Source: Bacteroidota bacterium
Lineage (GTDB): Bacteria > Bacteroidota > Bacteroidia > Bacteroidales > UBA4417
DNA: 64,000 bases
Assembly (NCBI GenBank): GCA_022711175.1
Contig: JAKLFM010000003.1
Coordinates: forward strand, 52,709 to 116,708
Direction of reading: 5' to 3'
Position numbers and translations under genes: made by a program. Under the pieces are notes generated by a model. That model saw only the letters and a list, made by a program, of their open reading frames with translations. It was not told the DNA's origin and did not search any database. Of the stretch, positions 46,968 through 56,883 are shown one piece after another (position 1 is the stretch's first letter; the number at the start of each line of letters is the position of its first letter).

Positions 46968-49118
46968 TTATTCCTTGATCGTAAGTTCCTGTATGAGGTT
47001 TTGCGCCCCGGCATACTTATCGATGATAAACAATACATAACGGATATCAACGCAGATGGTACGCTGCAAATCGGGTTCAAAAGCGTAATTGCCGCTCATG
47101 GCTTCCCAATTGCCGTCGAATGCCAGCCCGATAAGTTCGCCATCGGCATTCAGAACAGGGCTGCCTGAATTTCCTCCCGTTATATCATTGTTGGTTATGA
47201 AAGCCACCACCATTTTGCCGTTTTTGCCATACCGGCCGTAATCCTTTCCCAGGTAAAGCTTTTTTAATTTTTCGGGCACAACAAACTCCCAACTGCCGGG
47301 ATCTTCTTTCTGCATAATGCCTTCGAGGGTGGTAACATAGTCAAAATCAACAGCATCCTGCGGACTGTAATCATCCACCTTGCCATAGGTAAGCCTCATG
47401 GTGCTGTTAGCGTCGGGATAGAAAGTTTTATTACTTTCCATCTGACGCAAACCCTTTACAAAAAGCCTGCGGCCTTTGGCAAGCAAATCGTTTGATGGTT
47501 TTACGATGCTGTCAATTTTGTCGGCATTTTCGGCAAACGCTTTCTGCAAATACCATACAGGATCTTTCTGCAGCTTTTTCAGGGTTGGAGTTTCTAAAAA
47601 GGCCAGTAATTTTTGCTGGTCGGCAAACATGGTCTTACTGAAAACATAAGCTGCATAAGCACCAAAGTCGCCTTTATACTTGCTGAAAACTGTTTTTAGG
47701 AATAACGGCTGCTGTTCACGGGGCACGTCGTTGTAATACAGCCGGAGCATGGCAGCCATTAGCTTTTCATCCGTTGGAGCGTTATAGTTTTTGAAGTACT
47801 GATCGATTGCGGTTTTGAGCTTTTCACGAATTTTTTCCAAAGCGCCGGCATCAGGATTGCCTGATTCGAGTTCTTTGGCTAAGGCCATGAATTGCCTGCT
47901 GAAACTGATAATTTCGCAACCCCGGTTGATGGCTTCGGAATTATACACTGTGGCAAGCTCATAGCGGTTGATGGTTTCGTAAGCCTTGGAAATGTTGAAA
48001 AGTGCATCGCGGTAAGCCAGATTGCGGTCGCGGTTGGTGTTTATCCAATCGGCAAAACGGTCTTCGATTTCACGCTTGCGATCGGCAACATTTAGTTTTT
48101 TGAGTCCCTTGTTCTGCCCTATGAAAAACTTCCAGTAATTGGCAGTGCCTGCATATTTCGAAGCATATTTAATGCGTGTGGCTGCATCGGCATCCATATC
48201 CTGTTTCATGATGTTCAGTTTTTCGGTTCTGATTTTTACTATGGCAGGGTTATGGGTTTTGAGTGCCCAGTCAATAGTGTAGGATGTGGCAAACCTGTCG
48301 GTTGATCCGGGATAGCCCATGATCATAGCAAAATCGCCTTTACTCACACCTTTGATTGACACCGGCAGGTAATGTTTAGGTTTGAGCGGAATGTTCTCAG
48401 GAGAATAGTCGGCAGCAGCCCCGTCTTTGGCGGTGTACACCCTGAAGATGGAGAAATCGCCGGTATGGCGGGGCCACATCCAGTTGTCGGTATCGGCGCC
48501 AAATTTACCTATGGATGATGGTGGCGCCCCTACCAGACGCACATCGCGAAAAACCTCGTAAACAAACAGGTAATACTCGTTGCCGTTGAAGAACGACGAC
48601 ACACGCGCTTCGAAGCTTGTGCCTTTTGTAATGTTTTGTTCCAGTTCACGGCAGGTTTTCCTGATCTTTTCAAGGCGCTGGTCTTCGCTTAGGGATTCGT
48701 TGATATTTCCCAGCACTGTGTTTGTAACATCCTGAATGCTGATAAGGAATCGAGCTGTGAGTCCGGGTGTGGCCAGTTCTTCCTCTTTTCGCATTGCCCA
48801 GAAACCATCTGTAAGATAATCGTGCTCAACCGTGCTGTGCGATTGAATAGCGCCGTAACCGCAATGATGGTTAGTGAAAATCAGCCCTTCGGGCGACACG
48901 ATTTCGCCGGTACAGCCTCCGCCAAACATTATAATGGCATCTTTGAGACTTGAGTGGTTAACGCTGTAAATTTCTTCGGCAGTAAGATGGAGTCCCTCTT
49001 TCTGCATATCAACATAATTGAGCCTTTCGATAAAGAGCGGCAACCACATACCCTCATCGGCACGCAAATTAAGCTGAAGCACAAAAGCAATTACAAATAC
49101 AAGTGACAGTTTTTTCAT
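46968..49118 (-). CDS. Peptidase S46 dipeptidyl-peptidase (DPP7-type), paralog of 42325-44481
   Basis: 716 aa with a signal peptide. The mature N-terminus is DEGMWLP, and the FTNHHCGY and TGGNSGSPVLNADGELIGLAFDGNWE contexts are present. It aligns along its whole length with the other S46 ORF. Confidence 0.9.
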   Translation of the reverse strand: MKKLSLVFVIAFVLQLNLRADEGMWLPLFIERLNYVDMQKEGLHLTAEEIYSVNHSSLKDAIIMFGGGCTGEIVSPEGLIFTNHHCGYGAIQSHSTVEHDYLTDGFWAMRKEEELATPGLTARFLISIQDVTNTVLGNINESLSEDQRLEKIRKTCRELEQNITKGTSFEARVSSFFNGNEYYLFVYEVFRDVRLVGAPPSSIGKFGADTDNWMWPRHTGDFSIFRVYTAKDGAAADYSPENIPLKPKHYLPVSIKGVSKGDFAMIMGYPGSTDRFATSYTIDWALKTHNPAIVKIRTEKLNIMKQDMDADAATRIKYASKYAGTANYWKFFIGQNKGLKKLNVADRKREIEDRFADWINTNRDRNLAYRDALFNISKAYETINRYELATVYNSEAINRGCEIISFSRQFMALAKELESGNPDAGALEKIREKLKTAIDQYFKNYNAPTDEKLMAAMLRLYYNDVPREQQPLFLKTVFSKYKGDFGAYAAYVFSKTMFADQQKLLAFLETPTLKKLQKDPVWYLQKAFAENADKIDSIVKPSNDLLAKGRRLFVKGLRQMESNKTFYPDANSTMRLTYGKVDDYSPQDAVDFDYVTTLEGIMQKEDPGSWEFVVPEKLKKLYLGKDYGRYGKNGKMVVAFITNNDITGGNSGSPVLNADGELIGLAFDGNWEAMSGNYAFEPDLQRTICVDIRYVLFIIDKYAGAQNLIQELTIKE

Positions 49119-49157
49119 TGAGTGGTGTGATTATTTGTTGTGGTGGAAATAAGTCTG

Positions 49158-50249
49158 TTAAACAAATTTATCTCCTTTTTCAATTTTTACGGTTTCAACA
49201 AATTCGCGGATGCGCTGTTCGTCGCCACGCCGGCAAATCAGGAGCAGGTTATCGTCTTCGGCTACAATGTAGTCGTTGAGGCCGTCGATTACAGCAACTT
49301 TGTCACCGGGCATGAGGATGATACTGTTCTGAGTTTCCCAGGTAAGCACGTTGGCGCCCTGAATTGAATTGCCATGTTCGTTTTTTTGCCGGGCATCGTA
49401 GAGCGATGACCAGGTTCCCAGGTCGCTCCATCCGAAATCGGCAGCCACAACATACACATTATCGGCCTTTTCCATTACGCCATAGTCAATCGAGATGCTT
49501 TTACACAAGGTATAGGCTTTGTTCACGAACTCCTTTTCGGCCGGAGTGCCGTATATTTTTATCCCTTCGCGGAAGAGCGAATCAACCTCGGGTAAATGTT
49601 TTTCGAAAGCCTGCAGGATGCTTTTCACCGACCATATAAAAATTCCCGAGTTCCAGAGGAAGTCTCCGCTTTGCAGGAATTTAACGGCCAGGTCATATTG
49701 CGGTTTTTCCGTAAACGTGATCACTTTGTTCAGCCGGCCTTCGGGCCCTAACGAAACGCTGTCGTTAAACTGTATGTAACCGTAACCTGTATCGGGACGG
49801 CTTGGCGTTATTCCCAGCGTGATGAGCCAGTCGTTTTTCTCAGAAGCTCCCAGCGCGAGATTGATTACACTTGTAAAAACATCTTCGCGCAGGATGATAT
49901 GGTCGGATGGTGCAACTACAATATTTGCTGCGGGATTTTCGACAGCAATTTTATGACAGGCATAAGCAATACAAGGAGCAGTATTGCGCCTTACCGGTTC
50001 GTATAAAACCTTGGACGGGTCAACATCGGGCAGTTGTTTGAGTACCAGGTTGCGGTAGTTTTCGTGGGTTACAACATAGATGTTTTCGGGAGGGCACGAA
50101 GCCGTGAGTCGCCTGAATGTTTGCTGTATCAGCGTTTCTCCTGTTCCCAGGATATCGATAAATTGTTTTGGATGGTTGGTACGGCTGAGCGGCCAGAAAC
50201 GTGCTCCTACTCCGCCAGCCATAATAACACAGTAATTGTTTTTATTCAT
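49158..50249 (-). CDS. Mannose-1-phosphate guanylyltransferase
   Basis: 363 aa. The N-terminal VIMAGGVGARFWPLSR motif is typical of GDP-mannose pyrophosphorylases. No C-terminal isomerase (cupin) domain is apparent. Confidence 0.8.
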   Translation of the reverse strand: MNKNNYCVIMAGGVGARFWPLSRTNHPKQFIDILGTGETLIQQTFRRLTASCPPENIYVVTHENYRNLVLKQLPDVDPSKVLYEPVRRNTAPCIAYACHKIAVENPAANIVVAPSDHIILREDVFTSVINLALGASEKNDWLITLGITPSRPDTGYGYIQFNDSVSLGPEGRLNKVITFTEKPQYDLAVKFLQSGDFLWNSGIFIWSVKSILQAFEKHLPEVDSLFREGIKIYGTPAEKEFVNKAYTLCKSISIDYGVMEKADNVYVVAADFGWSDLGTWSSLYDARQKNEHGNSIQGANVLTWETQNSIILMPGDKVAVIDGLNDYIVAEDDNLLLICRRGDEQRIREFVETVKIEKGDKFV

Positions 50250-50321
50250 GATTATGCAAATAAATCAAAGGGTTAACAATCTGATTTTAAAGCTTTGTTG
50301 ACAAATATAAAGATTGCCTTG

Positions 50322-50948
50322 CTAATGCCCGTCGCTCACGCGAAATATTTGAGCATTACAGGCAACATCGTAGTACCTTTTATTGTCGAGGCAAAGGCAG
50401 CGGCAGCGGGTTCTGCGTTTTTCGAGTTTTACAAACCTCATCCCGTTAGCCAGGGCAAAGACCGATTGCAGGGGAATGTCGTTCAATACGTCCCCGGGTT
50501 TTTTGCCGTCGAGTTGATTGATTACTTTCATCAGCTCGGTTTGCCGGATGAATGTGGCAGCAGGATTGACTAAATATTTACGTAGCGGTTTTTCGAGGCC
50601 GGCGGGAAGCATGCCTGAGTCAAGCATCGGAATAATCATCTGGCTGAAGGTTGCTTTCCACTCTTTGCCATGCGACAGTACCGCGCGGCCGTGTTGAGAA
50701 TGCACCTTCAGGTGGGCGATTTCGTGCATGAATACCAGGAAAAACATATACTTCCCGAGATCGCTGTTTACAGTGATTAGCGGCTTACTGTCCTTTTGTC
50801 CGGCCCTGTAACTGCCAAGCTTATTCTTCCGCGGTTTTGAGATGCGGAGGTCAAACCGGAAATCGCGAAAACAGGCCTCAACAGTGCTGAAGGTTTCGGG
50901 AGGAAAATACTGGTTCAGAACCTGCTGTGTGTTAATTTTTTTGTACAT
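50322..50948 (-). CDS. SprT-like zinc metalloprotease domain protein
   Basis: It has an HExxH motif (FMHEIAHLKVH) and a C-terminal Cys-rich ribbon (RCRCLCLDNKRYYDVAC). The start is set at MYKKINTQQ (ATG 50948) rather than 51002. Confidence 0.6.
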   Translation of the reverse strand: MYKKINTQQVLNQYFPPETFSTVEACFRDFRFDLRISKPRKNKLGSYRAGQKDSKPLITVNSDLGKYMFFLVFMHEIAHLKVHSQHGRAVLSHGKEWKATFSQMIIPMLDSGMLPAGLEKPLRKYLVNPAATFIRQTELMKVINQLDGKKPGDVLNDIPLQSVFALANGMRFVKLEKRRTRCRCLCLDNKRYYDVACNAQIFRVSDGH

Positions 50949-51153
50949 CAATGCAGGCGTAATCGGCAGTGGATAATGTTTTTTGAGGAACCAGACAGCC
51001 ACAGCGATTCCGGCCCGTGCTGGGCGGCGTGCGCATGTATCCGCGGCTTCTCGAATTGTAATGATAAGTGTTACACGACTCCAAAAGCACCATCGCCAGA
51101 AACAATATCGGCAACAGTCGAAGCGATTTAAACAACATGTTTGTTTTCAACAT
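50932..51153 (-). CDS. Possible small lipoprotein (hypothetical)
   Basis: The short ORF has a good lipoprotein signal (MLKTNMLFKSLRLLPILFLAMVLLESC). It fills the otherwise empty sprT-mlaE gap and overlaps the SprT-like start by 17 nt. There is no homology support. Confidence 0.3.
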   Translation of the reverse strand: MLKTNMLFKSLRLLPILFLAMVLLESCNTYHYNSRSRGYMRTPPSTGRNRCGCLVPQKTLSTADYACIDVQKN

Positions 51154-51251
51154 TTTATAAAAGTGCTGATTGGTGAGCAGCAGCAAAGTTATCCGACAAA
51201 AAGCAATTTTCGTAATATTTACGCTAATTTAGCGCTTATTATTGTTCCACC

Positions 51252-51992
51252 ATGAAGTTTTTATACCATCTGGGCAGGTATTTTCAACTGTTGCAACAGG
51301 CATTTAAACGTCCTGAGAAACAGTCGATTTACTATCGCCAGGTATTCATCGAAATGGAGCACCTCGGGCTGGCCTCGGTGGGTATAGTGGCTATTATTTC
51401 GGTGTTCATGGGGGCTGTTCTTACCATACAACTTGCCTTTAACATTGATACGCCTTTTGTACCACTTTATACCATTGGCTTCTCGGTAAGGCAATCGGTG
51501 GTGCTGGAGTTTTCGCCAACCATCATCAGCCTTATCCTTTGTGGAAAAGTTGGTTCGCGAATTGCTTCGGAACTCGGCACCATGCGTGTAACCGAGCAGA
51601 TCGACGCCCTTGAAATTATGGGTATTAACCCGGCCACTTACCTTGTTTTGCCGAAAATAATCGCTTCCATGATCATCAACCCGATCCTGATCCTGCTCAG
51701 CATGATTGTTGCTGTTTTTGGCGGATGGCTTTCGGGCGTTTTAACCGGGCTGGTTTCTTCGTATCAGTACATTTATGGCATTCAGTCGTTCTTTCACATG
51801 TACGACATCTGGTATGCCATCATCAAAACCATAGTTTTTGCTTTTCTCATCACTTCCATTTCGGCTTATCACGGGTACAATACGCGCGGCGGGGCGCTCG
51901 AAGTTGGTGAAGCAAGCACCAATGGAGTTGTGCACAGCAGTATTGCCGTTATTTTCATGAATCTGATCCTCACCCAACTGCTGCTGTCATGA
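51252..51992 (+). CDS. mlaE: MlaE-family ABC transporter permease
   Basis: 246 aa. Multiple TM segments and the MRVTEQIDALEIMGINP motif are typical of MlaE/YrbE. It overlaps the downstream ATPase gene by 4 nt. Confidence 0.85.
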   Translation: MKFLYHLGRYFQLLQQAFKRPEKQSIYYRQVFIEMEHLGLASVGIVAIISVFMGAVLTIQLAFNIDTPFVPLYTIGFSVRQSVVLEFSPTIISLILCGKVGSRIASELGTMRVTEQIDALEIMGINPATYLVLPKIIASMIINPILILLSMIVAVFGGWLSGVLTGLVSSYQYIYGIQSFFHMYDIWYAIIKTIVFAFLITSISAYHGYNTRGGALEVGEASTNGVVHSSIAVIFMNLILTQLLLS

Positions 51993-52738
51993 TTGAGGGA
52001 ATTGACATATCAAAGAAATTTGGCGACCGTTGGGTATTGGAGCATGTGAATGTATCCTTCGAAAAAGGCAAGACAAACCTGATAATCGGGCAAAGCGGCA
52101 TGGGAAAAACAGTATTGCTGAAATGCTTAGTGGGATTGTTTGAATCGGACAGCGGACAGGTAAAGTTCGACGGAAGGCCGTTTTCAAAAATGTCGTACGA
52201 CGAAATGAAACAGATACGGCAGGAAATAGGAATGCTTTTCCAGGGAGGTGCGTTGTTCGATTCGATGACGGTGGAAGAAAATGTGATGTTCCCGCTTACC
52301 ATGTTTGCCGAAATGAGTCCTGCCGAGAAACTCGAACGCGCCAACTGGTGCCTTTCGCGTGTAAACTTAGTGAACTCAAATAAACTGCTGCCTTCGGAAC
52401 TGAGTGGAGGCATGAAGAAACGCGTCGGTATTGCCCGTGCCATTGCCCTCAACCCGAAGTATTTGTTTTGCGACGAGCCAAATTCGGGCCTTGACCCTGT
52501 AACGGCAACTCTCATCGATGACCTCATCGGTGAAATCACGCATGAATCGGATATCACAACGGTGGTGGTGACGCACGATATCAGTTCGGTTTTAAAAACC
52601 GGTGAAAAAATATACTTCATGTACAACGGCCGTATCGCGTGGCAGGGCGATAAAAACAACATACTGCAATCCGATTGCCCTGAACTCCACGAATTTGTAT
52701 ATGCCACCGAACTCACGCGGCGGCTTCGGCCCGACTAA
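51989..52738 (+). CDS. mlaF: ABC transporter ATP-binding protein (MlaF-like)
   Basis: 249 aa with Walker A (GQSGMGKT), signature (LSGGMKKRV) and Walker B (YLFCDEP) motifs. Confidence 0.85.
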   Translation: MIEGIDISKKFGDRWVLEHVNVSFEKGKTNLIIGQSGMGKTVLLKCLVGLFESDSGQVKFDGRPFSKMSYDEMKQIRQEIGMLFQGGALFDSMTVEENVMFPLTMFAEMSPAEKLERANWCLSRVNLVNSNKLLPSELSGGMKKRVGIARAIALNPKYLFCDEPNSGLDPVTATLIDDLIGEITHESDITTVVVTHDISSVLKTGEKIYFMYNGRIAWQGDKNNILQSDCPELHEFVYATELTRRLRPD

Positions 52739-52822
52739 GCCTGCAGTAGTCTCTATTCTTGTATTGCTTGTTTCCTCTTTCAATTAATTGCATACTTTTT
52801 ACCTGAAAAGCATTATAAAACC

Positions 52823-53374
52823 ATGAATATCATTGATATAATCATCCTGATACCGATAGCCTTTTATGCTTACAAGGGATTTACAAAAGGCTTCTTCGTG
52901 AGCATAGCGATGCTGGCGGGCCTGCTGTTTGGTTTTTATGCAGCCATTAATTTTTCGGAATACATGGCTGATTTTCTTACACAAAAAATGAACCTTGCCG
53001 GCAACAACATCAGGTTTATTGCTTACATCACAACTTTTGTGCTGGTGGTTGTGCTGGTTTACCTCCTTGGACAGTTTTTATCGAAAGTGGCGAAAACGGC
53101 AGGACTGGGATTGGTGAACAGGCTGAGCGGCGCAGCCCTTGGCATTGTAAAAGCGTTAATTATTGTGAGCACGTTTCTGTTGCTATTGGCCAAAATCGAT
53201 CCAAAAGCCCACCTGGTGAGCCAGAAAACCCGCGATGAATCCATCTCCTTTAAACCGGTGCTATCCATTGCCCCGGCCATCTATCCCATATTAAAAAAAT
53301 ACTCCGACAGGGTGCTGGAACTGATGAAGGACAAAAGTGAGAATACAGGCGAGCCGATGACTAATACTCAATGA
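52823..53374 (+). CDS. cvpA: CvpA-family membrane protein
   Basis: 183 aa with an N-terminal MNIIDIIILIPIAFYAYKGFTKGF and four TM helices, typical of CvpA. Confidence 0.75.
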   Translation: MNIIDIIILIPIAFYAYKGFTKGFFVSIAMLAGLLFGFYAAINFSEYMADFLTQKMNLAGNNIRFIAYITTFVLVVVLVYLLGQFLSKVAKTAGLGLVNRLSGAALGIVKALIIVSTFLLLLAKIDPKAHLVSQKTRDESISFKPVLSIAPAIYPILKKYSDRVLELMKDKSENTGEPMTNTQ

Positions 53375-53382
53375 ATTATAAA

Positions 53383-55713
53383 TCATGGCCGCTTTTTTGG
53401 CTTAGCCGACATATAAAACGTTATAGTTCCTCCGTCTGTGATATCATTATGCGTTAAGTAATTCCTTTTCAATTCCTTGTCGTTCAGTAGCACTTTCTGC
53501 ACGTACACATTTCCACTCGCTTGATTTACAGTGTTAACAGTGAACGTTTTGCCGTTTTCGAGCGAAACCGTCGCTTGCACTATTGCAGGGCTGCCGATGG
53601 CATATTCATCGGAACCAGGTACCACAGGGTAAAATCCCAGCGCACTGAAAACATACCAGGCTGACATTTGCCCGGCATCGTCGTTCCCGCAAAGGCCGTC
53701 AGCTTTATTGCCGTACATTGTATTCATGATCATGCGCACCCTTTCCTGCGTTTTCCATGGAGTTCCTGCATAATTATAGAGGTAAGGAATGTGATGTCCC
53801 GGTTCATTGCCCTGCACATAGTTGCCAATAATGCCGTCGCGGGTGATGTCTTCGGTTTTCTCGATATACTTGTCGTCGAGCTTCATGGTAAACAATGAAT
53901 CGAGATGGGCAATGAATTTTTTATTACCGCCGTTCATTCCAATAAGCCGGGGAATATTGTGCGGTACAAACAGGCTGTAGGTCCAGGCATTGCCTTCAAT
54001 ATAGCCCTGGCCGTGTGTATCAAGCGGGTCGAAAGGCTGCTTCCAGGAACCATCGGCAAGGCGGGGGCGCAGGAATACCGAAGCAGGGCTGTAGTGATTT
54101 TCAAAGTTATTCGACCGTTTAAGGTATTCATGGTACATTGTGTTGTCGCCGGCAGCTTTTGCCATTTGGGCGATGCACCAGTCATCGTAAGCAAATTCGA
54201 GTGTCTTTGAGACCGACGAAGAACTTTTATCCTCCGGCACATAGCCTTTGCCCATGTATTCATCCAACCCGTCGAAATATTCCCGGGTGGATGTGCTTAC
54301 CGAAGCTTCGAGCGCTTTCGTTCTGTCGAAGCCGGTAATACCTTTAGCCATTGCATCAGCAAGAACCGAAACGGCATGATAGCCGATCATACACCAGTTT
54401 TCGTTGGCATAGTGGCTCCACATGGGCAGCATATGATGCACACTTTGGCTGTAATGCGCCAGCATGGAGTTGATCATGTCGGCATTGCGCCCGGGCTGAA
54501 GAATATTGAATAGCGGGTGTAGTGCCCTGTAAGTATCCCACAATGAGAAAATTGTGTAGTTGGTAAACCCGTCAGAAGTGTGAATTTCCTGGTCCAGTCC
54601 GCGGTATTGCCCGTCAACATCCTCAAAAACAACAGGACTGAGCATGGTGTGGTACAGGGCGGTGTAAAACGTCACCATGTCTTCGGGAGTGGTCGTCAGT
54701 ACCCTGACTTTCGATAATTCACGGTTCCATTTGTCATGGCTCCCGGCTTTCACTTTATCAAAATCCCAGTGAGGAATCTCCGCGTCCAGGTTCTTCATGG
54801 CGCCCTCCACGCTCACTGCCGACAAGGCGAATTTCACCCTGATCTTTTCGTTAGACGCAGCTTTGAAATTGAACCAGGCACGAATTTGTCGCCCTGCCAT
54901 TTCGGGGAAATTTTCACTTTCGTTGAAACGCCGGTAAAAACCTTTGTAAGGCGTCTTGTCGTACTTTTTGTGTCCGTACGAAACGAAAGGTTTTGAAAAC
55001 TTCATCACGAAATAGAGCGTTCGTGTACGCGCCCAACCGCTCGTGGTGCGGAATCCGGTAACCGTGGAGTCGTTCTCTACCCTCACAAATGTCCACACAT
55101 TTTTTTCATCGTAGGGATAAATGTTCGAAACCAGGTCGAGGATAATGTGGGCGCTGTCGGTTTTCGGGAAGGTATATTGATGAAAGCCAACCCGCTCGGT
55201 AGCAGTGAGTTCGGCAAGGATGCTGTAATCGTCGAGCAGAACGCTGTAATACCCGGGCGACGCCTTTTCGTTTGCATGGTTGAATTGCGAATGGTAACCG
55301 CTGCGAGGCTTTGCAGCATCGCCGGGTTCGAGGTTCAGTTTGCCGGTTGTTGGCATTACCAGGAAATCGCCAAGGTCGGAATGGCCGGTGCCGCTGAAAT
55401 GGGTGTGGCTGAAGCCAAAAATGGTATTATCGTCGTACTGGTAGCCGGAACAGTATTTATACACATCGGGATTGTACTTTCCGTTGATGAACATCGGCGG
55501 ATTATTGGTTTCGGGGCTGAGTTGCACCATGCCGAAAGGCACGGCTGCGCCGGGAAAAGTGTGGCCCATCCGAAGAGTGCCAATAAAGGGATTTACATAA
55601 TTGCAGTAATCCTGAGCATCAGTAATTGTTGGTGGTGCTGATGCTATTGATTGCGCTTTGCCTGATAGAGAAAATAAGCCGAATAAGGCCGCTAACATTA
55701 AAAGTTTCTTCAT
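53383..55713 (-). CDS. Glycoside hydrolase family 92 (alpha-mannosidase)
   Basis: The start is set at MKKLLMLAALFGLFSLSGKAQ, because the track start at 55764 runs into the upstream terminator. YVNPFIGTLRMGHTFPGAAVPFGMVQLSP is the hallmark GH92 N-terminal segment. Confidence 0.85.
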   Translation of the reverse strand: MKKLLMLAALFGLFSLSGKAQSIASAPPTITDAQDYCNYVNPFIGTLRMGHTFPGAAVPFGMVQLSPETNNPPMFINGKYNPDVYKYCSGYQYDDNTIFGFSHTHFSGTGHSDLGDFLVMPTTGKLNLEPGDAAKPRSGYHSQFNHANEKASPGYYSVLLDDYSILAELTATERVGFHQYTFPKTDSAHIILDLVSNIYPYDEKNVWTFVRVENDSTVTGFRTTSGWARTRTLYFVMKFSKPFVSYGHKKYDKTPYKGFYRRFNESENFPEMAGRQIRAWFNFKAASNEKIRVKFALSAVSVEGAMKNLDAEIPHWDFDKVKAGSHDKWNRELSKVRVLTTTPEDMVTFYTALYHTMLSPVVFEDVDGQYRGLDQEIHTSDGFTNYTIFSLWDTYRALHPLFNILQPGRNADMINSMLAHYSQSVHHMLPMWSHYANENWCMIGYHAVSVLADAMAKGITGFDRTKALEASVSTSTREYFDGLDEYMGKGYVPEDKSSSSVSKTLEFAYDDWCIAQMAKAAGDNTMYHEYLKRSNNFENHYSPASVFLRPRLADGSWKQPFDPLDTHGQGYIEGNAWTYSLFVPHNIPRLIGMNGGNKKFIAHLDSLFTMKLDDKYIEKTEDITRDGIIGNYVQGNEPGHHIPYLYNYAGTPWKTQERVRMIMNTMYGNKADGLCGNDDAGQMSAWYVFSALGFYPVVPGSDEYAIGSPAIVQATVSLENGKTFTVNTVNQASGNVYVQKVLLNDKELKRNYLTHNDITDGGTITFYMSAKPKKRP

Positions 55714-55762
55714 GGAAGTGTTTTTGAGCACGTTCAAAAGTAGGAACTTTACCTGTGCAGAC

Positions 55763-55790
55763 AAAAAAAGACCGGCAATACAGCCGGCCT
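55763..55790 (-). terminator. Rho-independent terminator (copy 1 of an identical 28-mer)
   Basis: On the minus strand aggccggctgtattgccggtcttttttt forms a GC stem (ccggc/gccgg) followed by a T-run. It lies downstream of the gene ending at 55825. Confidence 0.65.
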
Positions 55791-55824
55791 TCTGATATGA
55801 ATCGGGACTAACTCCTTTTAGAAC

Positions 55825-56775
55825 TTATTGTTTGATGAATTTAACGGATTCCATTTCTTTCCCGTTTGTCACCTGAACAATGTAGGTGCCTGTTTCCAGA
55901 TTACCAATGTTAATATCGGTTGTTTTGGCTGCAGGTTGCTGAACAGTCATTAAAATCAGACCGCTGGCCGAAATAACTTTTATTTCGGATTTACCGGATG
56001 AAAATTTCCCCAAACTGATGTTCAACTTATCGTTGCCGGGATTTGGATAAACCGAAACCGTGCTGTTAATTTCAGGTTGTTTATTATCGGTAATTATGCA
56101 CTCTGGCAGTTCTGTGAAGATAAGCTGCCCCTGGTTGCTGAGCGTTCCGCGCCAGCATTTGCCATCGGGCGATTTCATGATGATTCCGCGATCTATATTC
56201 TCGATGAAAATATCCCCTTCGGTAACCTGGAGTTTGGCTTTGGGTTCTCCGGTGCCTATCCCGATATTTCCATTATTTGCCAGGAAAAGGTTGAAATTAA
56301 TACGGGTGTCAGTCAAGCTTGACTTGGGTTTGAAGAAATTCAATCCGCCATTGCTATACATATCATCATATTCAATGCCCCATTTGCCATGAATGTAATC
56401 CAGAGCCTCTGTCACATTATCACTAAAAAGTATTGCGCCATTGCGCGATGTCGGATTTATATCCGGTGATGTTGATAAATTATTATTTCGGTAAAGAAGA
56501 ATATTACCGCCCCGGAGTTGTAATTTTTGAACAGGAATTCCAGGATCGTTATATAGCTGATTTTCAATATTGAAATAGGCTGAAAGAGACACATAGCCAG
56601 TTGCATAATTGATTCCATTATAAGTATATTGCTTTGGAACAAATTTCATGAACTCTGTGGTTGTTCCCGAAGGTGTCAATACAAAACCATTTAACTGGGC
56701 AAAAGAAGTGTTGTAGAATAAACTGATTGCGATCAGAGCAACAGTTACTTTGAAAGAAAAACGAAAGGATTTCAT
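55825..56775 (-). CDS. Hypothetical T9SS cargo protein (tail-fibre-like motif plus T9SS C-terminal domain)
   Basis: The start is set at MKSFRFSFKVTVALIAISLFYNTSFAQ. The internal NGNIGIGTGEPKAKLQV and IMKSPDGKCWRGTLSNQGQL motifs resemble Bacteroidota tail-fibre-domain proteins. The C-terminus (VYPNPGNDKLNISL...GTYIVQVTNGKE...KFIKQ) fits a T9SS CTD. Confidence 0.65.
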   Translation of the reverse strand: MKSFRFSFKVTVALIAISLFYNTSFAQLNGFVLTPSGTTTEFMKFVPKQYTYNGINYATGYVSLSAYFNIENQLYNDPGIPVQKLQLRGGNILLYRNNNLSTSPDINPTSRNGAILFSDNVTEALDYIHGKWGIEYDDMYSNGGLNFFKPKSSLTDTRINFNLFLANNGNIGIGTGEPKAKLQVTEGDIFIENIDRGIIMKSPDGKCWRGTLSNQGQLIFTELPECIITDNKQPEINSTVSVYPNPGNDKLNISLGKFSSGKSEIKVISASGLILMTVQQPAAKTTDINIGNLETGTYIVQVTNGKEMESVKFIKQ

Positions 56776-56883
56776 GGTGGAAGGGTTTAGTAAAACATTA
56801 ATAATATGATTAGCTGTGATCAAATTGTCAGTAAAGTTAAAACCTAATAACCAAAATTATAAAATTGTTTTCAAGGAATATCA

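Noticed and set aside
51970-52716. 248-aa minus-strand ORF antisense to the MlaF-like ATPase.
   Set aside because: The plus strand encodes clear Walker A, signature and Walker B motifs. The antisense product is Ser/Cys/Phe-rich with no recognisable motif. It is a typical shadow ORF.
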